From NCBI GenBank assembly GCA_951406725.2, contig OX597814.1, forward strand, positions 44,454,001 through 44,518,000: a stretch of DNA of 64,000 nt, written 5' to 3'. Both the position numbers and the translations under genes were made by a program. Shown piece after piece: positions 25,191 to 38,682 of the stretch. This DNA comes from Octopus vulgaris (lineage: Eukaryota). Below the pieces are notes generated by a model that saw only the letters and a list, made by a program, of their open reading frames with translations, was not told the origin of the DNA and did no database searches. Within the stretch, counting starts at the first letter, position 1. The number at the start of each line of letters is the position of its first letter.

Positions 25191-27095
25191 GTTAAACTGG
25201 ACCACATAAAAGATAAAAGTTTAACATACAGAGCTATATCCTTACTAAGTCTATGTCAATTTAATGAAACAATCTATCAGTACATCTTTTAATGCATAAA
25301 TTTATGGATCTTTATGACATTGCTTTATCTTGTCAAACATTTTCATTGAGCCTGCGAAATGAACACACAATTACAGAATAATATAGACCTTCTCCCCTTC
25401 TCTCTCTCTCTCTTTCTTTCTCTTGTTTTTCCTCTTTCTATTTGTTTCACCTATTCTACTATTTCAGTTTCTTTCTTTGATCCCATTCTTCTTTTCCCTC
25501 TATATATATATATATATATCTTTTTCCATTAGAATTATTACTTCCCTTTGAGTAGAACACGGACAAAACAGCCAGATCGCAGAAACAAGGAGAAAAACAA
25601 GATAATTTCTAACTTACTTACAATACCTCGAAATATGAGTATAGTCTAAATGAATAGATATACGCACGACTATGTATTTCGTACAGTTGACGCTAGTATG
25701 GTTGATAGTGTGGATATTACTACTGTGCATGTTACTTTACCTGTCGGTTATGTGTTTGCGAAAATTTACTTCTCATAATAAATTAAGAGACTGACAGCTT
25801 GAACAACTCGCGGGAATTTTCTGAGATTTCTATTTACCCCGCTAGCATTAATGATAATATAAGAAATACATATATATACTGAGATCGATTAAATCGACTT
25901 GAAAACTCTGATCATGATCCAAACAAGAAATAATGAAATAGCAGCCTGAACGATTGCGAAAGGGTTAGTTTCTTCTGATAAATCGTCACTATATCTCAAT
26001 TTCAGTTCTTAGACAATCTAAGTTGCTCTAATAATGTAACTAAATCTGAGTGGGTGAAAAAAAAATCATAAATGAATGCCGTCGTTTAATATTTGCCCTC
26101 CAATAGAAATATACAGCATTTTGTTTTTTCAGTCGAGACAATACCAATATCACTTAAAGTCATGCTAGAATAACATGACCAGCAAATGTGTCTGAGGTGC
26201 GGAAACATTTTTTGTTTCTGTTTTTATAAATATTTAATCTTTTATTTAATCGAAACAGTTGAACGGTTGCTCTTTGCCAAAATTATTGCTAATGTTTGTG
26301 GGTGTTTTAATATTATAGCAAAAATCTATTAACTATTAAAACAAATTCTGAAATGCATTAATGCGCTAAAATAACCAAGGTAACTAGATGGCAGAGAAAA
26401 GATAAATGAACGGATTTGTTATGGTTATGCTGTTTTTACATTCCGATTTCAACTGCAGTCGAGATTAACGAATTGTTGTTTTTGCTAGAACTATAATCAG
26501 CAGACATATTACCGAATGTGTTCCGACTAATGACGTCCTCTTCCTTTTATCAGAAGAGTATCTAGACTACATTATCTGGTTGGAGAAGTTCGTTTCACAA
26601 TCCCAAATCGCATAATCGAGTACAGTGTGTGTTATCTAATGAACAAATAAATTCATATAACGCGGTGTTTCCTCGGGCTGATCAAGCCTTAAAAATGTAC
26701 CTCGTTTCACAGATCAAATGTAAAAGGACAACGGCTAGACTTCACCTGTAATTCAAAGTGCAACCTACTCATACACATTGCGTCGCAATGTTTCTGTCTG
26801 ATAGTTACTTTTATGCAACACATGTCAGTGGAATATTCAATCACTTACACTTTAACTGAATAATAAAGTAATTCAGTGCATCAAGCAAATTAGTTTTAGG
26901 AAGTATATTATTTTTAAACAGAACACGTACATAAGAAATTGTATCTCCGGACGAATAATACAGTAAACTCCCTTTTTCGCGATGTAACCACAAAACGCAC
27001 CCACCAAGCTACTGCAAAATGATCAGTGACACCAACGATAGATCACGAGCTACAATTTTCCTCCATGAAAAAATAATTAAATATCAGTTTCCTTT

Positions 27096-27435
27096 CTCAC
27101 TCGTCACCCTTTTCAAGCCGAAACCGCGATCCTCCGACCGCAGGTCAGCTGCCGTAACTACTGGGCCATTGCGCCTCCACAATAAATGAGCCCTTTTTAA
27201 AGCCTATCCAGGCTCATGGGCCCGGTTTCCCGGTTTCTATGGCGTATGTGTTCCCTAGCTGGACGGGACGCCAGTCCATCGCAGAGTTACTTCTTTTTGC
27301 CAGCTGAATAAACTGGAGTAACGCGAAATGAAGTGTTTTGCTCAAGAACACAACGCATCGCCCGGTCCAGGAATCGAAACCACAATCTTACGATCAAGGT
27401 GCAGACACCCTAACCACTAATCCACGCGCCTCCAC
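27096..27435 (-). mobile_element. tRNA-derived SINE family C plus a second tRNA-like head, within one 13-bp TSD
   Basis: Head GTGGAGGCGCGTGGATTAGTGG..GTTTCGATTCC; second head GTGGAGGCGCAATGGCCCAGTAG at 27180; ATCAGTTTCCTTT at 27083-27095 and 27436-27448. Confidence 0.85.
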
Positions 27436-28269
27436 ATCAGTTTCCTTTACTGGAGAAAATTTAGAGCTTAATAAAAACTACTTACGGCCTTATATGAAGT
27501 GAGAGAAAATCTCAGAATCATTCTGAGAACAGGTAAGTGGTTTGTAAAATAATGTTCTGTTGGACACTGAAAATGGGTATTGAAAATCTTTTTCATTGCA
27601 TAAACTTGCAATTGAAAAACAGTATTTTCCAAATTTTAACCAAGTATTTTCTTTTTTTCGGTCGCAAGCAACATTCAACGTCAGTGTTATCTGCTCAATC
27701 GCCTAAAACCGACACCAATTAGTCAAAGGTTCCATAACGAATGACATGAAGTACAATCAAGCCTAACAACAAATGTTTACTAACCAATGAAGCCCAGGAA
27801 ACTGCAACGTTTAGATCCAGCATCTTACTTCCGATTATTCATGCTCCTAATTCCTAAGCGTGTATTTCACCTTTAACTCCGTGTAGCAGGTAAGTGAATT
27901 ATTAATGATCTACAAATAAATATAATCTGTGTCTGTTTCACATACCGAAAGCACGTTTTTAGTATTCGCAATTGTAAGAGTAATTAAGGTACGTGCGCGC
28001 GTGTGTGTTTATGTGTGTGTGTGTGTGTGTGTGTGTGTGAGTGCGGACTGGTGTGTGTGTGTGTGTGTTCACGAGTTTGTGTCTTTGTTCACGAGTTTGT
28101 GTCTTTGTACGCAAAAGGATCAAGGTAACACGTCACTAGCAATGATGAACTAATGCGGTTGACCAACGATAACATACATGAGCACATATTAGTACACACC
28201 CGCACACATATACACACACACACGCAGAACTACATACACCACACTAACACACTCGTTCGTGCACATGTG

Positions 28270-28575
28270 TGCGGAGTAGAAAAAAATACAGGGGACAACT
28301 GATGAAGGGCATGTTCTTTATATTGCATGTCTCGTTTCTCTCTCTATTTGATCTTTTCGTTGTTCGAAATATGTTCATTTTCTATGTTTTTGTTTTTTAT
28401 GTTCTCGTTTCTCATTCTGTCCACGTTTTTTTTTTATGTCCTGTACCCATATATGCAAGTATATATACATATTGTTATGTAGGTATGTGCATTTATGTAT
28501 GTATATATGCATATGTTTATATATTATTTTATTATACATACATACACACACACACACATATATATATATATGATT
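28270..28575 (+). repeat. Interspersed repeat, inverted homologue at 37060-37422
   Basis: Shared CGGAGTAGA..AGGG.ATGTTC..CCTGTACCCATATATGCA..TATATGCATATGTTT; probably a PLE-derived terminal sequence. Confidence 0.75.
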
Positions 28576-29054
28576 GTCACTAAATTTGACTAAAGTTTTT
28601 AAGGCACCTACATTGCTAGAAATAAGAGCTAAATGCACTTATTTCTAGTATTTAGTGACAACTATATTTTTCCTTTGTGGTAACACATTGAGCATGGCTG
28701 TTTAAATTATTTTTTGTATATGTATTAGCGATTCGCTAAATCATACATAAATGACTCTAGATAAGCCCGGAAATAGCAGAATGAACGATCCTTACTGAAG
28801 AGGCTTTGGAAATAGCCGAAACACCGTTCAGTATAGGGAATTCCCGAGTCGGTGTTTTTGGGCGTTTGCAACCGCTGTGACCATATAAGTATACAATTAT
28901 GTGCTTTTAATACAGCATTAGAGCATTTTAGCTCTTATTTCTAGCAAAATAAGTGTCTTGAGACCCTTAGTCGCATTTAGTGACAATTATATTTTTCCTT
29001 TATGGAAACACATTGCGCATGGCTATTATATTACTTTTTGTGTGTATATGTATT
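28575..29054 (+). mobile_element. Hammerhead-containing non-coding element with partial direct repeats (325-bp period) and an inverted 5' fragment (PLE pLTR or retrozyme-like)
   Basis: ATTTAGTGACAA..TATGTATT at 28650-28726 and 28975-29054; 28575-28636 is the reverse complement of 28923-28984; CTGAAGA-GGCT-TTGGAAAT-AGCC-GAAAC at 28795-28822. Confidence 0.65.
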
Positions 29055-30332
29055 CATATTATGTGCGCGTGTATATAAACGAGAGATGGGGAGAGAGAAA
29101 GAGTTATAGCAATGAAAGTAATTTCAGCAAAATGCTTACACATATTTCCTTTTATTTCTTATCATTAAATGTAAAATATGATTGCTCCATTTCGTTCAAC
29201 AGGAATCTTCCCTATTTCCTTGCTTGTACAGTTTTATCAACACAACGCTGAAGTGCGACAATATTTTCAACTAATTCACAGTAAACTATAGTTTAGGAGG
29301 ATAACAGCGCACATAAATCTCATGCATAATTAACCTTATAAGACTTCTCGGTGCTGTAATTATCTCAGTTTCAGTACACAGTCTCAAGTCATTTTCAAGA
29401 ATGTGTAGCTGCTTGTTAAATCTGCATGATTGTATGTGCAGGTGTGAGTGTCGGTGTATATTTGTGTATGTGTGTCTATCTTTTCATGAAGCATATGGGC
29501 TAAGAATATAAACATTGCTGGGAAAGCAAAATACGACCGAACATGTTATGAAGTCCATTCAGGTATTTTTGAGCAATACAGACACTCGTTTGTCATTCAC
29601 TCTTTTATAACTGAAGCAAAACCATAATGGAACTGTTGGGAAAGTGGTAACGACGGTATTGTTTCATAATTGCGGTAGATCTAATAAGGTAAACGTATAT
29701 ATATTTATATATTCGGTGGCGTAAATCAAGACAGCTCCGGAGTGCAGAGACTATGACGCAGTCATACGAAATTACACCGCTAATATCATTGCAGGCATTA
29801 TTCTTTCAAAAATGATTTCACAATCTATGTGTCTAATCAAAAACTACCGATTCAGTGACTACAATATTAGTTACAGATATCTGATTTGTATGAAAATATT
29901 AATGTTGCAAGCCATCATGCTGTATGAAATGAGTAACATACCACGCTACCTTATAATAAATCATAAGTTTGGTGGTGAAACTCTAGGTTAAGTTCTTTAA
30001 TATATTTACTGTGCATTATGGCTCAAATAATGGAGTACCAAAAAAAAAACGTGACGTATATGTTTTGATTTGTTTTTTTTTTGTCTTGTATTACTCATAT
30101 ATAATATCAACATAAAATAAAAATTCTTGTTGGAAAGTAAAACCGACACACAGTCTAGTTTACTTATAGATATACCAGCAGGTGATCTAAAGTTAGTGTG
30201 CACTATGAAAAGCAATATTTTTTATAAATTTCTTGCACACATTTTTGGCTATCTATATCCCGTCTGAAGCAGTGATACTCTGAATTCCATTAATTATAAA
30301 CAAAACATGTCTATTTTACCAAAAGCTCCTGC

Positions 30333-30412
<80 letters not shown>

Positions 30413-33178
30413 AGCATTATGCATAGTTACATCTCACTTCTTCATACGACAAATAAGACTACCTTTTCTCTACGAACATCTGTCCCTGAACATCAGAATT
30501 TTCTAACAATATGTGTGCGTAGTCAAAATTATATATGGTTAATCTATTGTAGTCATGTTTCGAAAACGGTTTTCAGTAGAACATCCTTGTCCTCCCAAGA
30601 AGCTGGAACTGTGCCATTTACATTGCTACTTTATTTCAGCCAATTCTGCGCGTAAATATGAATGCAGATTGACAAAAGAGAAAATTCATATACTGGGTAG
30701 ATATCTTATTTATTTTTTTCTTTTACGCATCTCAGTTTGAAAAATTTAAACGACGTATTTCAGCTTTAGCGTATCAGACATCTGTATAGAATCTTAATAT
30801 ATCATTCCGTACATAGTGTGTATTTAGTGACTAATCTTTTCGGAAAGGATTGGTAGTCACTTGAAACTCTGAAACCTCCCTGTTATCATTATGTTAAGTA
30901 TCTTTATTAAATATATAACCAATACAACTTTTTAGTATCTAATTTCATATATATTTTGACTAAAATATTCAAATGCTTCATTTCTTTCTTTCTTTATTTT
31001 TTGTCCCCACTCTCTCTCTTTTATGTTTCTTCCCGAATGAAATTGTCTAGATTTTGACAGTCTCATTTAATATAGCTTTCTGTTTTTTTCCCCAATTTCT
31101 CTTGGTGCTACTTTCTCAAAGTGACTCACGGTTCTACTTTGTCTTTTATATCTTTCTGTTACATTCCCTACATTATTAAATCTTTTTGTCTCTGTCCGTG
31201 TCATTAATTGTTGTTGTTTGTGTTGACGCCGTTATTTTCTTACCTTAAAAAAAATGCAACCATTCAACTAGTAACGCCGTCATCATCATCATCGAATACT
31301 TCCAATCTAATAGTTTCGTGCTTAAATATTTATTTTCTAAACCAGCCTCCCAGGCAGAAGCAGCATTTGTGCTTACAATTATATCTTCATTTTCATCAGT
31401 GACTCTCTTTACTTTGTTTCTTTTCTTTTCGTCTTGCTATATTTTATCTAATTTAATTTTATTGTATTTGATATTTTCGCTTTGTACATTTTTCACTTTC
31501 TCACCAGATAATCAAAGTTTTTTTTTTCTCTCCCTCGGATGTCTCATCAAATTCTCAAGAGATAAAGTTAAACAATTTTCTTCAATACATCTTCCTAATT
31601 TGAAAATATCGCATTCATAGTGTGATTTTCATAACCATACACACATACACAGGCACACATTCACACAGCTATACATATTCCTATACACATATGTGTGTGT
31701 ATACATATGTATATAAATATCTATATATGAAAAGATACACACATATATCTATATCTCTATATGCACATAAACATATACATACACACACATACATATATAT
31801 ACACACTTACATATGTACGTATGTATGTATGTACTGAAGAAGATACTTTCACTACCACATGTAGGGAAGTCACATTATTTTTTTTCTTCAGCCATCAGTT
31901 CGTTAGTAACACTTCAAATGATACGTTTGTATTTATCTTTCTCTGTTAAAATAACTAACGTTAGTCATTTTTCTTAGTTGTTGCCTGATAAATATAACTG
32001 TTCGCTTACACACTCCTCGAATGGAAGAAAATCAAATAATTTGAAGCTGATAGAAGAAAACCTTAAATTTCTCAGTAATATATTGGTTCTCACTTTTAAG
32101 TAGAACGCTTTCTTGTTTAGGAGGATGGCAGAGAAAATATTTTCGCATTGTGTTGTAAGCATTAATAACATAAATTGAAATGCATTTGAGAATAAAAACT
32201 GAATACTGAATTCTATTTATCATTTTCACTGTACTCACCTACACACACACGCACACACACACACACAAACGTGTGTATATAAATATATATATGTGTGTAT
32301 GTACGCATGCGCACGTGTATGCATGCATATATATATATATATATATGTATGTATATATGTGTGTGTATGTGTGTGTGAATATGTGTGTCTAGACACGTAA
32401 GTATGTATATCAGGTCAGACAGGGAACTTGTAAGCCGGTGCACTGCCTGCTACAAATAACAGGTAAATGTCCCAAAAATCGCGCATAAAAATCTGAAATA
32501 ATAATGATGCTTTCGACAATATATTTCCAGACATACTGAAAGCAGATAGGATGGTGTTGGTAGGAATAACTATTTCCATACATTTACTTGATCGAAAGAA
32601 AAAGTTAAGAGGGAAAAAATAAAATTCATATATTGCAGTAAGACTTCAAAGGTATATGAATGCGTCTTTAGGATGTCATTTTTAGACGTTACTGTTTAAC
32701 AAACAAATCTGAGAGGGGAGAGAAAGGAAACAAAATTATAGAAGAGACACAAACACTTTCACTGCTGTCTATCAGGACTGAAATGAAGATGCTAATTGCA
32801 GCAGCGTGTAGTTATTCTCACGAATCAGCTTTGGTTGAGTTATATTTTCTAGATTACGACACTGCAGTAAAGAATTATAAATGAAGTTACCACACAATAT
32901 TTTTAGGTTTCACGAAGGAAAAGTGTCATTAACGCCAAATTAGCCAAGAATTCTATTCTCGAAATTTCTTCTACATAGACTCTAGAAGTAGTTAGTTGCT
33001 GAATCCTTCAAAAATACACATATATAAACATTAAATAGCAGCTGAATTTCATCCACCAACATATATGATGAAAATTACCTAAGATATGGTTTTGAAGAAT
33101 TGTATCAACGGAGTTGAAAACAAAGCACGCGCTATTGAATACGCAGGCATGCACACATACATAACATAACATAACATC

Positions 33179-33212
<34 letters not shown>

Positions 33213-33237
33213 TCTGCCATATTGTAATTTTCCTCTC

Positions 33238-33309
<72 letters not shown>

Positions 33310-33504
33310 TGGAATCCATAAATAAGCAGTAATAATTTAAGTTGTTTTGTTATTTTGTTCAATAAAATTGCAAGCTCAGATACATCCTATCAAAAAATAC
33401 AGTGAAACAGAGATGGAAGACAGGCACGGAGAAAATTGTTTAATGGGAGACAACTACCAAGTACTGTCTATCGAGGGTGCCAGGAAAATTCAATTACTGT
33501 ATAA

Positions 33505-33720
33505 TGGTTTCAAATATTAGCACAAGGCCAGAAATTTTAGGGAAGGGGAAACTAGTTGATTACGTCGATCCCAATGCTTAACTGGTAGTTTTTTTATCAA
33601 CCCCGAATGGATGAAAGGTAAAGTTGACTTTGGCGGAATTTGAACTCAGAATGTAAAGACGAACGAAATGCCGTACTGCATTTTGTCCGGCGTGCTAACG
33701 ATTCTGCCGGTTCGCTGCCC
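33505..33720 (-). mobile_element. SINE family B
   Basis: CCCCGAATGGATGAAAGGTAAAGTTGAC..GGAATTTGAACTCAG..GTGCTAACGATTCTGCC is the reverse complement of the family B head and body. Confidence 0.85.
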
Positions 33721-35376
33721 TGACGACTGTATAAATATTTCTACGAATTAGCCGCTGGTGTTTTCTAATATCTACATTCCATGGAAGGATCTCTGAATAA
33801 GAAAAAACTATGTACAGTTTTTCCTAGTTCTGCACGTGAATAGTCAGTTAAAATTTACTTTGAAAAACAAAATTGAATAATAAACTTTAGACAATACAGC
33901 AAGTTCATTCTATTAGGAAAGCTACGTAGTTATATTAAGATATTTCATTCAAGATCGAAAATGTGGAGAATAGTTTAATTTGGAAATTAACAGGGCACAA
34001 GACCGATCTTTGGAACTATTAATCCAAGAAATTTTCAAAAAACTGAACGAACACATCTGCGACGATTAGAGCCAACGATTAGATTAATTCATTCTTCATA
34101 AATGCCTATACCAAAAGGAATTGAAGGCACTCAATTTAACACCACCATTATTGCCATTTTAAATATTGCATCCAATTGATGGGTTGGGCTCCATATACAT
34201 AGGGAAGATTTTTTCACTCTCATCAATATTTAAGAATTTTATCTTTTCTACAATGCTAAACACCACACAATGCTTAACCTACACTCACGAAATAGTGATA
34301 TAAGAAACAGTGAATACACAAGACATTTATAGTGAATGATTTTGAAAAGTAGATTGTTTGAAAGAACTAATATCGTAGACAACATTCGCACGGAACAAAT
34401 ATATTAATATTCACATACTTCACAATCCAAAATTTTAAAAATCTTACTTGAAATAAATATGTAGTGTAAAGAAAGCAATAAGGATAACGATTATTATTCT
34501 GTTCTCTCTGCAGTAAGGACCACAGAATACACCGGATATGTTCCAATCTTATCATCAGTGTGACATAGTGTTGACCAGATTGTCAAAATAATGACGAAAG
34601 TATAATTAAGTAGCTTGGCATGGAGATGTTTAAGAAAATCGATAATGAACGGGTACGACGTTGTCTCTCATCCTTTCTCCACTACCATCACCACCACCAG
34701 CAACAAAGAAAATAATATCCCTCATAGAGTAATATTGATTTTCCTAAGCGTATAATAATTTCTAGTTAGAGTTTTTCTTTAATCCACCCCCACCGCGTTA
34801 AGTGAATTAAAACTATCCGTACTAAATGATGCACGGATTTAATTTATGGCATTTATTGCAGCATCCCAAATTACGTCATCTACTCTACGTTTTATTCTAT
34901 CTACGTCAATAACATCAAAAACAAATACACATAAGAACTGGTTAAAAAGACTATTCATTTTTGTAATATATAGATGGTTTTGTGGAACTGTAAGATATTA
35001 CTTCTCGCTCTGAGCTGGTACCCTGCCTATATCTCATAGCAAACTTCCGCTAGATCCAAAGAGCACGCAAATTACAAACTTCAACTATAGACAATGCACA
35101 TTATATATGATGCTCTGAGAATGAGAATGAATGTCATAAGATCTTGTTTTCTTTCTCATTATGATATAGGGGTTCATTGTGCGAGTTGAAAGAAAGTCAG
35201 TATTTCTGTCATGCACATAGATTTGCTATTAAATAACAAAACTATAGAAAGCATAGAGAGAAGATCAATAGCTTTTGAAAGACATAATACACAAATCCAC
35301 ACTCATCGACGCACATCCGGGTGAACACACATCCATGCATATACATAGATATGGCTATACATGTGCTTTTGTACAC

Positions 35377-35426
<50 letters not shown>

Positions 35427-35854
35427 TATAAATTATATATAAATGTGTATGTATGTATATTATATATGCACTTATACATAACAAGACTTTTTCAGCAAGA
35501 CATTTCGAATTTTATTTGAAACTAAAATCCATTGATTCTCTTCTAAAGAACGATGACGAACAGTGAAAAATTCGTTGAAAATGGAAAGAAGAAAAATACC
35601 TGGAACGAAAAGATTATTGTGTACATCAATTTCAAAATGTATTGTCTTTCATTGTTGTTCTCTTCGAGCTTTGATATTAAACTAATAAAACATTGGATTT
35701 ATAAAGCAAAGTTTTGAAGTAGAGTTTTCAACGTATTGAAGAAGGCTGAGACTAACAACAACCTAGTGCAAAGTATGTTTCGCTAATTGCCAGCAAATAC
35801 AAACGCATATATGGAAGAAAAATAGTGAAATATGGATATACTATTAAATACATA

Positions 35855-35945
<91 letters not shown>

Positions 35946-36090
35946 CGTTTTTGGATTTGGTATGTAAGATTCTTTATATTAGTTCGTGTGTTGAAGAATA
36001 TGCTGTTGTGTCTGGGGAGAGACATTTTCTTTTTGTGCCTTATAATTTAACACACTAACCGGCAAAATTTCTACTTATTTCTTATTTTCC

Positions 36091-36191
36091 CGAACCGCTA
36101 AGTTACAAGGACGTAAACACACCAACATCGGTTTTCATGCTGGTGGGGGTGTGGGTGGGGGACAGACGCAGACACGCAAACATATACACAC

Positions 36192-36240
<49 letters not shown>

Positions 36241-36409
36241 CATATATACGAAGGGTTTCTTTCAGTTTCCGTCTACCAAATCCACTCACAAAGCTTTGGT
36301 CGGCCCGAAGCTATAGTAGAAAACACCTGCCCAAGGTGCCACGCAGTGGGACTGAACCCGGAACCGTGTGGTTGGTAAGCAAGCTACTTAGCACACAGCC
36401 ACTCCTACG

Positions 36410-36411
<2 letters not shown>
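36091..36411 (-). mobile_element. SINE family A (3' part missing)
   Basis: High identity to 8473-8855 and 40992-41372. Confidence 0.9.
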
Positions 36412-36477
<66 letters not shown>

Positions 36478-37067
36478 CATTCTGCGCCTATATATATATA
36501 TATATATATATTCAAAGTGTTGTGTAACTTTTGAATAACAAACCTTTCGTTTACAAAGTAATTACTTGAATAGACACGTGTTACATTCCATAACTCCAAC
36601 GCAGTATGTTTCGTTTACAGTTGTTGTAATAATTATGCATACTAATATAGCCCATAATTATATGGCGCTTCGGATTATAGCTCGGTAAATTACATCGTTA
36701 TGTATCACAGACATCTGAAAGATAATGAAATATCCGTTCTAACGATATCAAGCTCATGCATACAGGAAATTTATCAATGTGTATACGTGCAAATGTATGA
36801 GTGTTAATGTATGTCCGTTTATCAACACGTGCGATACGTTAGAGTGCGTGGGGTTTTTTTAAGGTCAGTGTATCTCAACTGCCTAGTGTGCTGGCACATG
36901 CCTAGGAGTCGCCTCAGCTTCGTTATGATGTTGAAAATACTGCATTTCACTCATGTATTTATGACTGTAATAAAATCATGCTTCTTATATAATATCACTT
37001 TCAGCATTCTCAATAAATTATAAATTTGCTTGCAATAAAGTTTCACATTTACGATTTTTATGACTAT

Positions 37068-37163
<96 letters not shown>

Positions 37164-37420
37164 CAAATTAATAAATAAAACATATGCATATATACATACA
37201 TATATGGACGTACCTACATCTATATGTATATATACATGCATATATGGGTACAGGACACCAAAAAACGTCGGACACAATGAGAAACGAAAACATAAACACA
37301 AAACCAAGGAAATGGACATTTTTCTTAAACTGCGAAAAAATAGAGTACAAGACACTACGACACAAGGAACATTCCCCTTCTTCAACCGCCTCTGTTTCAT
37401 CTACTCCGCGTTTTCGAAGG

Positions 37421-37466
<46 letters not shown>

Positions 37467-37479
37467 GAAAATATGCACA

Positions 37480-38588
37480 CTTACATAGCTTAAATATAAT
37501 TTTTAATATATCGACCGGTTTCGCTAGCGCTATTCATGATATTATGTTTTACTTGTTTGAAGATGTATTTTTTCTTAAGGAGACATTTTGTTCATGTTGT
37601 GTGTGACGATATTTACGGTGAATGACTTCACAATTGGAAAAATATGATGAGGTAATTGGTTATTGAGGTTATTGTTATTTTTGTGGGTAAGGGATATAAC
37701 AGTTCAGCTTTTGGTAATTGGAGGGAATATATATGTACAGACAAAAGCAAGTTTCGAAAACTTTTTCAGTGAGGGATTTATGTACAGTGATGTAATTGTG
37801 GATTGAAATATATGTGAATTGATATACCTAAAAAGATAAAAGTTGGTTATGCGTGCATATTAAAACGTGTTCTGTATTTTTCAATGAAAAAAGTTTCTAT
37901 ATTTCAACGTTCTTGTGGGGAGATTGTGTCATTGCACTGGTAGAAGGGGAAGACTGTGAAATTTGGTTTGATGTTATCTGCATATTTTTATATATGTTCA
38001 CTGAGAGGAATTTGCTTGTATTGCAGGAAACGGATTTGCCCTTTATGTAGAGTGGTTCTCTTTCTGAAGGTCATACTCGTTTGTCCAATACAGTTGTGTC
38101 CGCAATCCGGGCAGGTTATTACATAAATTAGGTTCTCAGAGGCACAAGTAAAACAAGTTTTAATTGTGAACCTCTGTCCTTGTTTGAACAGGCAATCCGA
38201 GGCTTCAAATAGGTTGGGGCAGGTCCCAAAGTTTGGACGTCCACATTTTTCAACCGTTCGTTTCGTGGTTGTTTTGTAAAGCTTCGCATTTGTTAGTAAT
38301 CTCTTTAGCGATTTGTCTTGCTTTTTGTATTTGATGAGTTTGTGTGTTTTCAGGATGTCGTTCATTTTTGGATCTTTAGTTAGTAAAGGAAGATTTTGCA
38401 CAGTAGTGTGGAATGCCCCACTGTTTTTGAGGTTGTGTGTTGATATAAATTGTAATGTTTTAAGATGAGGTGTGGTGTTATGTTTTGCTGTTCTTGGTGT
38501 TTTTATGTCTAATTGTTTGGCACGTTTAATTCCCTCGTCGATAAATGAGGATGGATATTGTCTTTCAATAACCGTTACTTCGATGTCT

Positions 38589-38590
<2 letters not shown>
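37480..38590 (-). mobile_element. 5'-truncated Penelope-like element, Neptune-like (thumb/linker + GIY-YIG), with terminal hammerhead
   Basis: RQYPSSFIDEGIKRA..KCGRPNFGTC..FTCASENLIYVITCPDCGHNCIGQT..RTTLH..PLSEHI, continuing past a stop to FTVFPFYQC; Cys-rich linker before the endonuclease. Confidence 0.88.
37508..37542 (-). ncRNA. Type I hammerhead variant with A3-U8 in place of C3-G8
   Basis: Minus strand: ATATC-ATGAATA-GC-GCTA-GC-GAAAC-CG-GTC-GATAT, downstream of the PLE ORF on the same strand. Confidence 0.65.
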
Positions 38591-38628
<38 letters not shown>

Positions 38629-38682
38629 TTTGTATTTGGTTTGCAAGATTCTTGATGTGGAATCATTCTTTTAAACAAATTT

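Larger units (their letters stand above)
23065..25205 (-). mobile_element. 5'-truncated Penelope-like element (GIY-YIG tail, long low-complexity 3' region, hammerhead)
   Basis: Endonuclease ORF 24858-25205 followed on the same strand by pyrimidine/TG-rich sequence and a hammerhead at 23177-23254. Confidence 0.7.

Noticed and set aside
37370-37422. CCTTCGAAA..TGAAGAAGGGG (minus) and CTGATGAAGGG at 28299 suggesting a type II hammerhead
   Set aside because: Stems I and III cannot be formed between the core halves in either copy.
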